A stretch of DNA of 55,369 nt, the filler included, from Sphacelaria rigidula (Eukaryota): the NCBI GenBank assembly GCA_964200075.2. It is 3 parts of 3 records of this genome, joined end to end, with 100 filler letters (N's around TTAATTAATTAA, not from the genome) between each part and the next. Parts side by side here need not be neighbours in the genome. Positions count along the whole stretch, not along the records: positions 1 to 18,393 come from CAXNAA020000868.1; positions 18,494 to 36,883 come from CAXNAA020000869.1; 1 more part is not named here. The stretch is one strand, 5' to 3'. Within the stretch, counting starts at the first letter, position 1. The number at the start of each line of letters is the position of its first letter. A program made the translations under genes and the position numbers. The notes under the pieces were generated by a model. It was given only the letters and a program-made list of their open reading frames with translations, was not told where the DNA came from and made no database searches. This document shows positions 12,701 to 24,497 of this stretch, in pieces.

Positions 12701-15700
12701 CCAGGTGCCGCCCAACCTCGCCGCCTGGGTTGAGAGAACGCGCGACACAAGGGAATGGTCAGCCCACGAAGAGCGTCAGGGATGGCAAGATAGTCAGGAA
12801 GATGCTCGGATGGCCGTTTGTAACGGTCGGGGTATAGATACCATGAACGAGGGTGGTCATCAAGACATCAAGCACAAATGAATCGTCGAGTGTTTGCCAT
12901 ATTCCATTATTCAATACCCATTGTAGGACATCGACAGCCCTTGTTGGTGTCCCAAGCATGGAGAAGTTCGGTATAAGGTGGACATTGTTGATTGCGAGAG
13001 TATTTAAGGTGAGATAGTTCGGCGGCCAAGACTGCGTTTACACCGTTTCTCGATTTAAATGCAGGTTTCCCCATTGTTGTAGCGTTTCGGCCTCAAATTG
13101 GGTCCCTCGAGCTGCCCACCGCGATCAATACACAGCGTAAAACCACACCCTGCGAGAATAGTCTGGCACGAAATGCCTACCCTTGCCTAGCCACGTGAAG
13201 GTGATGCCATGAGTCCTGCGTTGCTGCTCCTGGCTCATGCGATGCTGGAGTCCGAGCTAGCCTACTACAAGCTCTATTGATAGTAGGTAGGCCCTCATGA
13301 CGTTTTCCGTTGAAATGCTTTCACTTGCCACTGTATAGATTTTGAGGTAATGGCATGGCTGTGGCATGGTTGAAATGGCTGGACGCACTCTATCCTACCA
13401 GTTCACTGGGCTACTACGCTCAAGAATTTATTGTTGGGGTGATCTTGAACCTAGCCAATCAATGGTGGGCACTCTATACTCAAGCGACGCACGGCTCGAA
13501 TATTTCATGGAGTTTGGAAGGGCCATGCCGTGAGCAAGTATTTAGTTGTTCCCATGGTGTATCAATAGTGGTATGGAACTAACTTACCATAGACCGAGCT
13601 CAAGCGAAGGGTAGTGAGGGCCCATGAGTGCCGCTTGCCACAAGGAAACACATGATAACGCTGCAATGTAGTGTGGACCCGATTCAGGGCGGTAATCACC
13701 GTAAAGAGATTTCCGCGTAGGTTTCGATTCTACGGCAGTTTCAACGATGAACAGATATTCCTTACCCCACCTCGACAATTGCCTCAGCCCGGGGGCCTTG
13801 CCCCCTGCCCAGGGACACCACTTCAAGCCCTGTCTCCATTCCCATAGAAGAAGCGTACTTTAGTAGCAAAGCCATCGGATCGGCGCCTGGCGAGAGAACG
13901 AAGACACATGGAGTGTTCTCGTTCACGTCCGCGAAAACCTGTGATGCACAGCACACACGCAAGAGCTGGTCGGAGCCCTTGAAATTGGATTCATTATGGT
14001 GAAGCGGACGAGCTTGGGATGGCATCCCCTGCTACGTGCATGCGTTCGGACATAATTTTAAGGTAGATTGTACACGAGGCTAAAGCCCAAAGGTACAGTA
14101 CCAGGCGTAGGCAAGCCTCAGGTGATGAAGGTGTCTTGGTGTGTGCTCACCTCGTCGATTCCCGCCGCACTTCCCGAATGTCGAATCAAGTCTCGCCCGA
14201 GGTAGTGCTCGACCAAGTCAGCTACGGCTCCATGGGTGCAAGCCTTTGACCCGGGAAATATGTGAGGAAGTGTAACGGTGGAAGCCACACCATGCATATT
14301 ATGGTAGGTGAGATATGCGTCATCTCAACATGGGGTACGTGTAGGGCAAACGCCGGTAAGGGTGGTAGGAGTGTTCCTTATATCGGCGACGCTGTGCCGT
14401 GCCTAGCGATACATGCTCACCTTAGCCAGAGTGCGAACAACGATGACCTTCTGGAAGCGGTTGAGTTTTTCCTCCCATCCACCTGGCAGCGGGGCTCGGT
14501 GTGCCGCGGCATCCGTCCGCCAGTCCTGCCACTGTGTCCACAACTCAGCGACAGATGTGCAGATCTCGCGCATAGCAGCAACCGTACTCTCAGCGTGTTT
14601 CAGCGTCTGCCAGTCCTGCCGGATGCGTGCAAAGTGTAGTATATGCAGCACGAATAGTAACGTAACACACGAGAATGCCAGCATCGTGTATGTGAAAAAT
14701 TACAGGACGAGATACACTATGCTGCAGAAACGATGAAGTCCACGAGGAAAAGTAAGACCTGAGTACTTCCCCCTCTCGAAAACAAGATATTAAAAGCAAT
14801 CGAGAGCTGGCTCACCCGGTCGTCCAATGTTACTGGATCTGGATTTTTCACGAGTTGGCTTGCTCTCTGCTCGTTGAGTCTCCCTCGACTCGTTCTCCTT
14901 CGGAGGTCAGGGCGCGCCCCTTGTAACAGTAGCATCCACTCAACAGCTGATATCTACAAATCGCGAAGAAATATTAGTGCGTAGACTTCATGTGATAATG
15001 TGAGAATCGATAGCGGCAGAAGAGCACAGCGTTGAAGTAGCACACGTTTTTAGTGTTTGTTACTTGGCGCTCTCGTGTTTCGTCTCCAAGACGCTGTCGG
15101 CGTCATATATGTTTCTGAAACCATAAAACCGATCGATCAAAACAGATGATGATAAAATAATATAATGATCCCCTGTGAGAATGACTTCTTCGAGCAAGGG
15201 AGGACGGTTTGATGGGGTCGCGAGCTATAACTCGTTGATGTTCCGTACCGACATCTGACACCTTTAGAAAAGAATAGAGTCGTGGGATTGACTTTCCACG
15301 GACACGCTCGACCGAGGGTGCCATAATATATGTTATGTTATTCATCTCCTGGACCTCGCGGTGAACACACCGAGCAGCGTCATATTTTAGGGTTACTGTA
15401 ATCCTTCGCACGCACAGCGTATGAACATTTGGAGTTCCATGGCAAACTGTGCTACAACAATTGGATTGGAGCATAAATGACTGGACTTTGGTTACAACCA
15501 TTCTGCATGACGGCATGAAAAACAAAATGCATCGAGGATCAACCTGGCTTCCTGGTTGCAAGATAGGCAAATGGTTCGTGGTCACCACACCTCTCCCGAG
15601 GCTCGAAGGACGCCGGTGCAAAGCATAAAGGCAAAAAGCAGCTTATGACGTTCAAATAGCCCTCTCGACACCGCACGATACACGGCCTCTGTACTCTTGT

Positions 15701-18178
15701 CCTGGAGATGTTGCAGCCTGACTTGCAAATCTTCGCGCCCAGATTTTAAGGTTTCCATTATGCAGTTGGTGAAAAGGAGCTGCCGACGGACAAGAGGTCA
15801 TGAGAGTCGGCGGGAGTAAGAACACGCTTACGTTTGTCGTTCCAGTGTCAGGAAATCAGAGCGGTTACGTCCTGTGGAACGATATCTCGATGTTTACACC
15901 TGATCCTTCGGAATAAAAAGAAGGCTTCGCAACCATGACCGATGTTGACACATGAAGGGGGAGCGATGTGAACCAACCCTTTTCTGTAACCATGATAATT
16001 GTGCCATCATCTGCAAGAGTATCCCAATCAGCTTACCTGGAAGTAGTCCAAGCTGTACTGATACATGGCATCCACTTTGCAAAGCTCGGCGATGGTAAAG
16101 TACAGCAAGGAGCCACGGACAGCAAGTGGTTGGTAGCGCTCCCTGCTTTCTCCGATCTGTCTCTGCGTGTTCTTGCTGTCGGCGAGACGCTCACCGATCG
16201 CCTTGCTCATGGTCTTGGATTTGCTGAGAGTAATGATGAGAGTCTGCGGTAATATGGACATGAGGATTTTCCGTATTATACGGGACGCTTTGACCATGTC
16301 ACGTCACCAAGAGGCGAGGTAAGCAACGTCGAATTTATCGTCTCGTGGCTGACAGGTATGGAATTATTGAGCAGAGAGAGACAGGGGGCCCATAAAAAAA
16401 TCAGTGACAAGCACATTCGCAAACTTAGCGTCGGCTGTCATTGTGCAGTGATATGGTCGCACTTGCAAGCAAGGACACACCTCATCTTCTAGGACATTCA
16501 CCCCGCTGCCGGCATCGTTCAGGAGACCCAGAATCTGGTTTTCCAGCTCCAATAGCTGCTTTTTATCGGTCGCGATGCTCGTGATGAGATTGTGATGCCG
16601 ATCTTCTAGCTCCGGCTGCTCGAGCGTCACCACCTGCATTTTTCCATGTGGTGATGGTTCAGCACCAGGACATGCCTTGAACCGCCTTGCTAAAGTATGC
16701 ACATACATGCATTACGATTCGACGATATTTCGACAGGTGGGGTGCATTCTGCTGTAGTGACAAGAATGTCACGCACGGCCCTGCCGTGGGTTCTGCGCGC
16801 TGCTGCCCACACCAACAGAGTTTGGCTTTACCATATCCTACTTCACATGATGTCCGCACCATTTTAAGCGAACACTTGAGCAATCGGGTAGTGGCACACT
16901 CACAGCCCCAAGTAGTTGTTCTTCCAGTCCGCGCCGAGTTACGGTGAAGTTGATCAGGTTGACTTTGATAGCGGTGTCAGCTTGGAATTCCGGGTTCGAC
17001 AGTTCGGTGGTGAGGTATAGCCGGAAGTTGCTGTTGTACTCCACATCCGTGCTCCCCAGAGGCAACATGGTTCGCCCCCCCTGGAGCTTTTTCGTTCAGA
17101 CACGCACGGCGGTCGCAATCGTATCATATGTTGAACTTTACGTGAATTGGTTGTCGCTTGATACGTGCTAGGCACAAAGTGCGGGGAATGCCCGTTCGCC
17201 TGAGCATCCCATTCCATTAGCCTCTATAGTTTCGTCCTTCCACACGCATACAGCTGCAAGGAGCAAGTATGGCACATAACCATCAACGTAGTGGAAGAGC
17301 GAACGTTACACAGTAATACTCACCTTGGTGTAGGTGCGATGGCACAGTATCGGATCCAAAACGGGATCGATGGTCGAGTCGACATCTTCTATCAAGAGAC
17401 GCTTCCCTTCTGTTATCGACGACTGCAGAATTGACAGAAGAGAGGGATTGCCAATGTTCACGCAGCAGAAGCCCTCTGATGTTGTCCTCGTGCGGTGACT
17501 GTTGAGTGCGAGAGGCGTATCAGTTGCTGAAGGTTTGGCCCATTCATCCCTATTTCGCATAGCCTCTGGGTGGTCAAAAGGCGTTCAAGGTGCGAAAAGA
17601 CGATCGCGAAAGACACGCTCCACGGTTAGAACAATCTCAGTCAAAGGTGACGCGTAGCCGAGAATGCAAAACATCGAGAACTCGCAGCATGTCGGAGAAC
17701 ATTGCTCACATGTGGAAACAGCCTATGCGGACATAAAAAAAAATGGTCCAAATATTTTCTGATGATTGAATTGTTAGGAGCCCTCTCTCTCAACCAATAA
17801 ACGGCTTATGAAATGTATGATAGCACGCCACGATTAGCGCTCTAATGGGCTAGGGATATCCCGAATTCATTTGAAAACGGTAATGTGGGTACCCACATTT
17901 TTGCGTAGCTCGCAACTTTAGGGGCCACTGAATGAGGAAGATCTGGGCCCAAATGTGCAACCCCTACCGTAGCATGACTTCCAGTATGCCACACGTATCG
18001 CCAACGGCTACGTACCCATTTGGCTCAACCAGCGGCAGGCCTGTCGTTGCGGGTCTATAAGCAGTGGCCATCTTCCAGTCTCCACAGTTGTGGCCATGAT
18101 GGCGTTCTCCACCGAAGTTCTGTCGCTGGGCAATCCCATCAGGTGCCATTCCCGCAACACCACGGGCTTACCGAGGAC
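6791..18178 (-). CDS. Axonemal inner-arm dynein heavy chain (DNAH6-like), C-terminal ~1,180 aa (AAA5, AAA6, lid, C-terminal domain); 5' part lost at the contig end
   Basis: 21 phase-consistent GT-AG exons: 18016-18178, 17324-17565, 16904-17080, 16481-16633, 16037-16243, 15591-15779, 14816-14953, 14421-14615, 14151-14243, 13771-13938, 12473-12724, 12134-12240, 11436-11700, 10978-11199, 10448-10615, 10014-10133, 9752-9826, 8833-9012, 8497-8598, 7328-7496, 6791-6954. Motifs: RWPLLIDPQ, FRLYLTT, INFTVT, MYQYSL, GLFERHKLLF, LSPGADP, SLGRGQG, WVMLQNCHL, FFHAVVQER, KFGPLGWN, SLKPLGSW, FFPQGFLTAILQNHARK, CPTYKTSERRGELSTTG. Stop TAG at 6791-6793. Confidence 0.95.
17750..17980. mobile_element. Sola2-like MITE, degenerate copy in a dynein intron
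   Basis: One TIR (gtgcaacccctaccgtagcatgactt). Interior matches the reverse complement of 49209-49465. The other TIR is not recognisable. Confidence 0.6.
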
Positions 18179-18393
18179 CTGCCACACAAGAAAGGCAGGA
18201 AGAGCGGCAGGTTTGCATGGCGCAACATGACGGCCTGCATGAACGACTTGTCTACATCAACCTCCTGGTGGTGGGGCTCGCTCAAGAAATGATATTTCCA
18301 GACGCTTTCACAACCCTTGTAATACGTGAGAGGACCGCGTGCTTAGAGGACCCCGCCGTAGTTCAAAATACCCCAGGATCGACGTTTTTCAAA

Positions 18394-18493
18394 NNNNNNN
18401 NNNNNNNNNNNNNNNNNNNNNNNNNNNNNNNNNNNNNTTAATTAATTAANNNNNNNNNNNNNNNNNNNNNNNNNNNNNNNNNNNNNNNNNNNN
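18394..18493. other. Assembly spacer (100 bp) with artificial TTAATTAATTAA linker
   Basis: N44-TTAATTAATTAA-N44; the linker has stop codons in all six frames. Confidence 0.95.
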
Positions 18494-18564
18494 TCATTCA
18501 CTGATTGACCGCTTTTCACTCTCAACCGTATCATCTACTCTCAATCTCACGAAAGCCCTGTTTA
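18494..18564. mobile_element. MITE family TA-2, terminal fragment at the contig edge
   Basis: Reverse-complement match to 19173-19245 (tcattcac...actctcaatctcacgaaagc). Confidence 0.65.
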
Positions 18565-19172
18565 ATGTTGTCACCACTCCTTTCCCGACTACGCTGAATC
18601 CGATTCTTGCTTCGCTGTAATCCGGCGGCTTGATCCGTTGCACTATGTAACGATTCGTACCGATATACAAACCGCAGATCCTGCTACGCTCCGATCCTTC
18701 ACTTTCAGGGCCTGTCTTCGCACGTTTCTTTTCGATCGAAAAAGTGAGGCGGTGGAATTGATTCGAGCGAAAATTTCTCGGTTTGATGCAGTTGGATCCG
18801 GATGGATTTTAAAGCTTTCGATCGAAGGAAGACAATGAAAATCGTGAAACGGTACATGGCCACTCGTGTACAGTACAGACAGTCTGTACTGTCTGCACTG
18901 CTTGCAAGCAGGGTGTCTTGAGTGCGTGTGTGCGTGGTTCGTGCAGGAGGGTATAAAGGAGAAGCGGGCAACGTGCAGTGCAGACTGCCCTGGACTATCA
19001 ATTTTCCCTGCTTACAATGCGTCGTGAAAATGACTTCATTCAGCAACGTGCAGCTTTGTACTGCCTGCTGCACTGTTCATGAGCGTGCACGCAACTTGGT
19101 CTGCAGTTCACAGCAATATGCTCGAGTCGAGCTGATTCGGTACACTTGAGGAGGTATGGTTGGAGATGCAAA

Positions 19173-19474
19173 TAACAATGCTTTCGTGAAATCGAGAGTA
19201 GAGGATACGATTGAGAGTAAAAAGCGGTCAACTAGTGAATGAATCGTTTCGGTTCCGAAATGTCCCTCCGCGAGGCCCGATATGCTTTCTGTAGTAGCTT
19301 GCCACTAAGGCCCTTGATTTCCCTGAGAAGGATATCGACGTATAGCTGTAAGCACACGCTAGTGATAGAGATGAAGAAAAATACACACGGAATGACGAAA
19401 TGGCCAAGATAGATCGAATGACCGAAGCCACTCTCAATTAGCGCTCTAATCTCAATCTCGCGAAAACGTTGCTA
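19173..19474. mobile_element. MITE family TA-2 (~300 bp)
   Basis: Imperfect TIRs taacaatgctttcgtgaaatcgagagtagag / ctctaatctcaatctcgcgaaaacgttgcta. Interior matches 21160-21435 in the opposite orientation (shared core gtggcaagctactacagaaagc). Confidence 0.7.
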
Positions 19475-19935
19475 AATGTGGCACTCTTTTCTGGCCCAGC
19501 CTGCACGGTCGACGAGGGAAAGGGACTGCTGAACTCCTCTCGTGATAAGAAATAAAGGCGCACCAGGATACGGCGTCAACACTTCTTATCCGCTTGTCAA
19601 ACCTCGTGCGAAGCACAGCTCTGCAAATATAGACAGTTCAGTAGTACAGGGTCGCACCTGTACAGTCTCCATTTGTCACCGTGGAAGCTGAGATACGTCT
19701 CCGCCGCCCGCAGACGTTGCGACCAGAAGCTCCCGTACTACCACCGTTTGGCGACAGTCGACACAGAAGGAGTAGTTCGAATCAGTCAGATCATGTACTT
19801 CAACACCCCCTCCCATCTCAGCCACGGACGGCGTCGGCATGCACAAGCGAAGACAAAGAAGAAAGCAGCAATGAAGCTGAACCTTCTTAATGGGTTTTAC
19901 AGTGATTCGGAGAGCATTGCTGCGTGTGATGCCTC

Positions 19936-20181
19936 GAGTGATGCTGCGATAGGGTCTGCACTTTTGGGGCCAAAACTGGCCTGAGAGCCACGAGAGTAAT
20001 TTTCCATCGACAATATTGTGACCTCCGCCCGAACCTGAGACTGGAATTATCTCATGGGTCATGGATGCATGTTCCACCCTTAGGCTCTGAGAACTGTGGT
20101 GAGAGTCAAAGTGATTGGACATGCCTAAATCCCGATTTCCTCTCAGGCCGCAAAAGCGCAGACCCTATCGCAGCATCACTC
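19936..20181. mobile_element. Sola2-like MITE
   Basis: TIR GAGTGATGCTGCGATAGGGTCTGC / GCAGACCCTATCGCAGCATCACTC with a perfect 4-bp TSD CCTC (19932-19935 and 20182-20185). Confidence 0.75.
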
Positions 20182-21159
20182 CCTCCAACCTCCCAAAGTG
20201 CCTCGTTTGAAGTTGCGACAGTCAAGTCTGAGAAATTCAATCAAGACCAGCGCTGGTCAAAAGGGGTCGAGCTGGGCTGCTCCTAAGACCGCTTACAGAC
20301 AGAAGCGAAACACAACGCCATGAGCATCAATGGAGCTGAAACTTCTTGAGGGCATTTCGATTTATGTTAGAAGAGCGATGGGATGGTTTTTTCGCACAGC
20401 GCGGCTTCGGATCCATTCGAGAAATGGAAGTGCGAGGTTCTGGCCTTCGTTGTGAGAGCGGATGGATAGGATAGGAAAGGACACTTTTTGAATTTCGGTC
20501 CAGTAGAACCCTTTTCGGCCTAGCTAGGGCCTCAAAGGAATGTAACTCACATCCAAATCGCTGTATCAACAGAAACGTAGCATGCACTTGCAAGTGGACT
20601 GGAGGTGAAATACTCCACACCTTTCCTGAAGTATTTCAACCCGTCTTCGTCGGTATTAGACTTGGTCTTGTTCTTTCAACCCGCAACCGTTGTTGAATCG
20701 TACCGGTTGCAGTTCTTCGTTTCAGTCGCCTCAGACACTCCGCTGTATCTTCAACCGCACCCATACCCACGTCTCCAGCGTGAGACAATCTCTGAGTGCC
20801 TCCACTAGAACCATTGCCGCCGGGAACCGCGTTGCGTGGTAGTCGCACGTCTTTCAACACATTTGACCCACGTATATCGTGAAAATCAAGCACCGGAGGT
20901 TTCTTCGCCGTATCTGGGTTCCTGCTGGCGCACTTCCTCTTCCCCGGCCATAGTGCATATTCAGAATTGGAACGGCTAATGAACGCTAGCGAGAAGGAGT
21001 ATCTCGTACGCTAGTATTGCATACGCCGCAAGTTACAAGCGAAATGTCACTGTCGCCTCGGTGAGCACGTAGTTTGGGCGACAATCCCGGTTGCGATCTC
21101 TTTAGATCTACATGAACATGAATTGAACTATTGAACAAGTCCATCAACCACTCAAGCCA

Positions 21160-21435
21160 TAACAATGTTTTCGTGAGATTGAGACAGTTCTATCAGTCGC
21201 TCTGACGTGCAATGTTTTTATTTTGTGTGCTTTTCCTCGCCTGCATCACTGTCGTGTGGTCACAGCGATACGCCTATCTTCTACCCAGGAATATCAAAGA
21301 TTTCAGTGGCAAGCTACTACAGAAAGCGTAGCGGACCTCGTATGAGGGCCGAAGGGGCTGAAACAATTTCATACTATGAATGCTTCTCATTCCCAATCCT
21401 ATCCGCACTCTCAATCTCAATGAAACCGAGTGATA
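21160..21435. mobile_element. MITE family TA-2, second copy
   Basis: Starts taacaatgttttcgtgagattgaga and ends ctctcaatctcaatgaaaccgagtgata; inverted homolog of 19173-19474. Confidence 0.65.
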
Positions 21436-21599
21436 TGCAATAATCACTCCTTTACACCCAGGTACAGAACATTCCAAGACCCGTTCATTGAACGAGGTTA
21501 CACAAGCAGCGACTACTGTTGTACAAGCCTAAGCAACGAAATTGTTATCCGACCAGGAGTATTTATCAACCTCGACTGACTGCTTAAAGCCCTCTGCGA

Positions 21600-22062
21600 G
21601 CGCTCCGAATATCCGCTTCTGCAACGATGCTGGCCACGCCACACTGTCGATCGGCTATTCAATTCAGGAGCCCCAGAACGTCAGATAACAAGCCACATCA
21701 TGACCTCAAACGACTGTTGGCATCGACATCCCCGAGGCAGCTGCAGCGGCCTTGTAACCACGATAAACCCTCAACCAGCGCGTTGAAGCATTTCCAAATA
21801 TCAGCTGATGCAGTGACGAACGCTATGCAACGCCTTTGATGCACTTGTTCATTTATTCTCAAACGCCAGCTGCTGCAGCGACGCTGGCTACCCTAACCTT
21901 CGACGAGTAGGTTCGAGCGATTTCCGAACGTCGGTCATTGGAACGACACAGGTCAAACCACGCCTTTGACGGGCTTGTTTTGTATCCACTCGTCAGCTGC
22001 TGCAGCAACGCTGGCCACGCCATATCCTGGCTCGGCTGGTTAAAGTAAGCTCCGAACGTCAG
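21600..22062 (-). pseudogene. Decayed FNIP repeats continuing past the stop codon
   Basis: Reading through the TAG gives LTFGAYFNQPSQDMAWPALLQQLT, followed by increasingly frameshifted 66-bp-like units (recurring cagctgctgcagc and ggccacgcc on the + strand). Confidence 0.75.
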
Positions 22063-23670
22063 CTACTGCAGCGACGCAAGCCACGCAACATCCTTAATCG
22101 GCTGGTTAAAGCCATTTCCGAATGTCAACTGCTGCAGCGACGCAGGCCACGCCACACCCTGGATCGACTGGTTGAAGCCGTATCCGAAATTCAGCTGCTG
22201 CAGCGACGCAGGCCACGCCACACCCTCGATCGCCTGGTTGAAGCAGTATCCGAAATTCAGCTGCTGCAGCGACGCAGGCCACGCCACACCCTCGATCGAC
22301 TGATTGAAGCAATGTCCGAAAGTCAGTTGTTGTAGCGATCCTGGCAACACCACACCCTCGATCGGCTGATTGAAGGAATCTCCGAAGTTTAGCTGCTGCA
22401 GCGCAGGCCACGCGACACCCTCGATCGCCTGGTTGAACATTGTCCCGAATGCCAGCTGCTGCAGCGACGCAGGCCACGCCACACCCTCGATCGGCTGGTT
22501 GAAGTAACCTTCGAGCGTCAGCTGCTGCAGCGACTCAGGCCACGTTACACCCTCGATCGACTGATTAAACCTTACTCCGAACGTCAGCCTCTGCAGCAGC
22601 GAAGGCCATGCCACGCCCTCGATCGACTGGTCGAAGCAATATCCGAACTCCACCTGCTGCACCGACGCAGGCCACGCCACACCCTGGATCAACTGGTTGA
22701 ACATCATTCCGAACGTCAGCTGCTGCAGCGATCCGGGCCACGCCACACCCTCAATCGGCTGGTTGAACATCATTCCGAACGTCAGCTGCTGTAGCGACGC
22801 AGGCCATGCCACACCCTCGATCGGCTGGTTGAAGCGACCTCCGAACGTCAGCTGATGCAGCGACGCGAGCCACGCGACACCCTCGATCGGCTGGTTGAAC
22901 GCTTTTCCAAACGTCAGCTGATGCAGCGACGCAGGCCACGCCACACCCTCGATCGGCTGGTCGAAGACGCAATCGAAATTAAGCTGCTTCAGCGACGCAG
23001 GCCACGCCACACCCTCGATCGGCTGGTTGAAGGCATAACCGAACTCCAGCTGCTGCAGCGACGCGGGCCACGCCACATCCTCGATCGGCTGGTTGAAGGC
23101 ATGATCGAATTTCAGCTGCTGCAGCGACGCAGGCCACGCCACACCCTCGATAGGCTGGTTGAAGTCTTTTCCGAACGTCAGCTGCTGCAGCGACATAGGC
23201 CACGCGACACCCTCGATGGGCTGATTGAACCTTGTCCCGAACGTCAGCTGCTGCAGCGATGCAGGCCAGACCACCTTCGTGATGGGTTGATTGAAGTCTA
23301 TCGGCATTGGACCACCACGACCTCTGAACACAATTTCCCGGACTTGCGGGGGCCAGATAATATAGTCCAGACTATGGTCAAACATACAGCCAAAGTGCCA
23401 GTTTTGCACTTGGGCCAAAATATTGGTGTTGCATGACATGATTGCCGCGTTAGCACTAAACATCCACAAGATACTGTGTGCTCGTAATGAGGGCACTCGA
23501 GGTTCAGCATTGCGATCCATTCTTCCAGCTATCATAGTCGGAGATTGCTCGGCGGGATCGGCCCATAGCCTGCGCGGTGTAGACCTATCAACTTTCACCA
23601 ATAGCGTGCTTACGCCGCGGCAAGCGATGCAGAGCTGTAGTGATGCCAGCTGTAATTGTTTTGTTGGCAA
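22063..23670 (-). CDS. Intronless FNIP-type (22-aa LRR-like) tandem repeat protein, possibly truncated or pseudogenising
   Basis: 18 complete units plus one interrupted unit of FNQPIEGVAWPASLQQLxFGxx (66 bp each, one unit 63 bp) at 23295-22063, after a ~125-aa non-repeat N-terminal region. The ORF-track start is TTG; the first in-frame ATG is at 23535. Confidence 0.85.
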   Translation of the reverse strand: MPTKQLQLASLQLCIACRGVSTLLVKVDRSTPRRLWADPAEQSPTMIAGRMDRNAEPRVPSLRAHSILWMFSANAAIMSCNTNILAQVQNWHFGCMFDHSLDYIIWPPQVREIVFRGRGGPMPIDFNQPITKVVWPASLQQLTFGTRFNQPIEGVAWPMSLQQLTFGKDFNQPIEGVAWPASLQQLKFDHAFNQPIEDVAWPASLQQLEFGYAFNQPIEGVAWPASLKQLNFDCVFDQPIEGVAWPASLHQLTFGKAFNQPIEGVAWLASLHQLTFGGRFNQPIEGVAWPASLQQLTFGMMFNQPIEGVAWPGSLQQLTFGMMFNQLIQGVAWPASVQQVEFGYCFDQSIEGVAWPSLLQRLTFGVRFNQSIEGVTWPESLQQLTLEGYFNQPIEGVAWPASLQQLAFGTMFNQAIEGVAWPALQQLNFGDSFNQPIEGVVLPGSLQQLTFGHCFNQSIEGVAWPASLQQLNFGYCFNQAIEGVAWPASLQQLNFGYGFNQSIQGVAWPASLQQLTFGNGFNQPIKDVAWLASLQ

Positions 23671-23883
23671 ATACGACCGACCACCTGAGGAAGCCTCGTT
23701 GAGGGTGGTGATGAAGGCGTCCAGACAAAGGTTGCTGCCTGTGTCACAAACATGGAGCGAGCGCTGTGCGGTTTAGCTTGTCTGGGATTACTATTATCAA
23801 GCAGCGACGTGAAACCCGTCGCGAGTTGACGACGCAACCTCGGTCGGTACACATCCTCAACGAACGACGAAGGAATCGGACTA

Positions 23884-24497
23884 CGAGCTGGGCCAGCCAG
23901 CAATGGCTAGTTTTCTCACTCAGGCGACGCACGGCGCGATTTTAGGGGGACGCTGGAATTTTGACAGCAGCTTTTTCATTATAGACATGCAGAACATCAC
24001 GTGAGCAGCGAAGAAAAAAAGGGAAAACCAGGAAGTTATGGGGATTTGAAATTTCAGCAAAAACAGGGTAATGTCACAAGTCCAGCAAAAAAATGAGAAT
24101 CTGCAAATGCTCACGGGACGTATTATTTCCCTTGGGTGCAGAAGGGCTTCGTAAAGTTTCAGCTCAAGAGTCGTCTAATTGGGCCGTGCGTGCAACGTTT
24201 TGCGTGACGCTGCTGCACGTCACTAATACTCAGTACGGGGTGATTGCTGACGTGAACCCACCGCAATAAAAAAGAAACACAACGACACGCTATCGCCCAA
24301 CGATATGAGGCGCACCTCTTACTCTATGCAGTACAATAACGTCATCGGCAATACGACGCCAATCGAACAGCGACGCATTCCTTTGTCATCAGGTGGGTCT
24401 GCAGGTCACAGTTATACGCTTACAACGGGTTCACCCAGGAAACTGGGAAAGCTGTGGTGTGAGAAGCATTTAGCCGTTTTTAAGCTGGCCCAGCTCG
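23884..24497. mobile_element. Non-autonomous DNA transposon with the family TA-1 TIR and a distinct interior
   Basis: Perfect TIR CGAGCTGGGCCAGC (23884-23897) / GCTGGCCCAGCTCG (24484-24497) with TA on both flanks; lies just upstream of the FNIP ORF. Confidence 0.8.

Noticed and set aside
18438-18449. Palindromic TTAATTAATTAA motif, also at 36928-36939
   Set aside because: Artificial linker centred in N runs.
22063-23295. CRISPR-like array of constant repeats with variable inserts
   Set aside because: The variable part is only ~6 nt, units are 66 bp and in frame with a protein, the context is eukaryotic and no cas genes are present.
22855-23436. 193-aa plus-strand ORF and other alternative-frame ORFs over the FNIP array
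   Set aside because: Shadow ORFs produced by the stop-poor tandem repeat.
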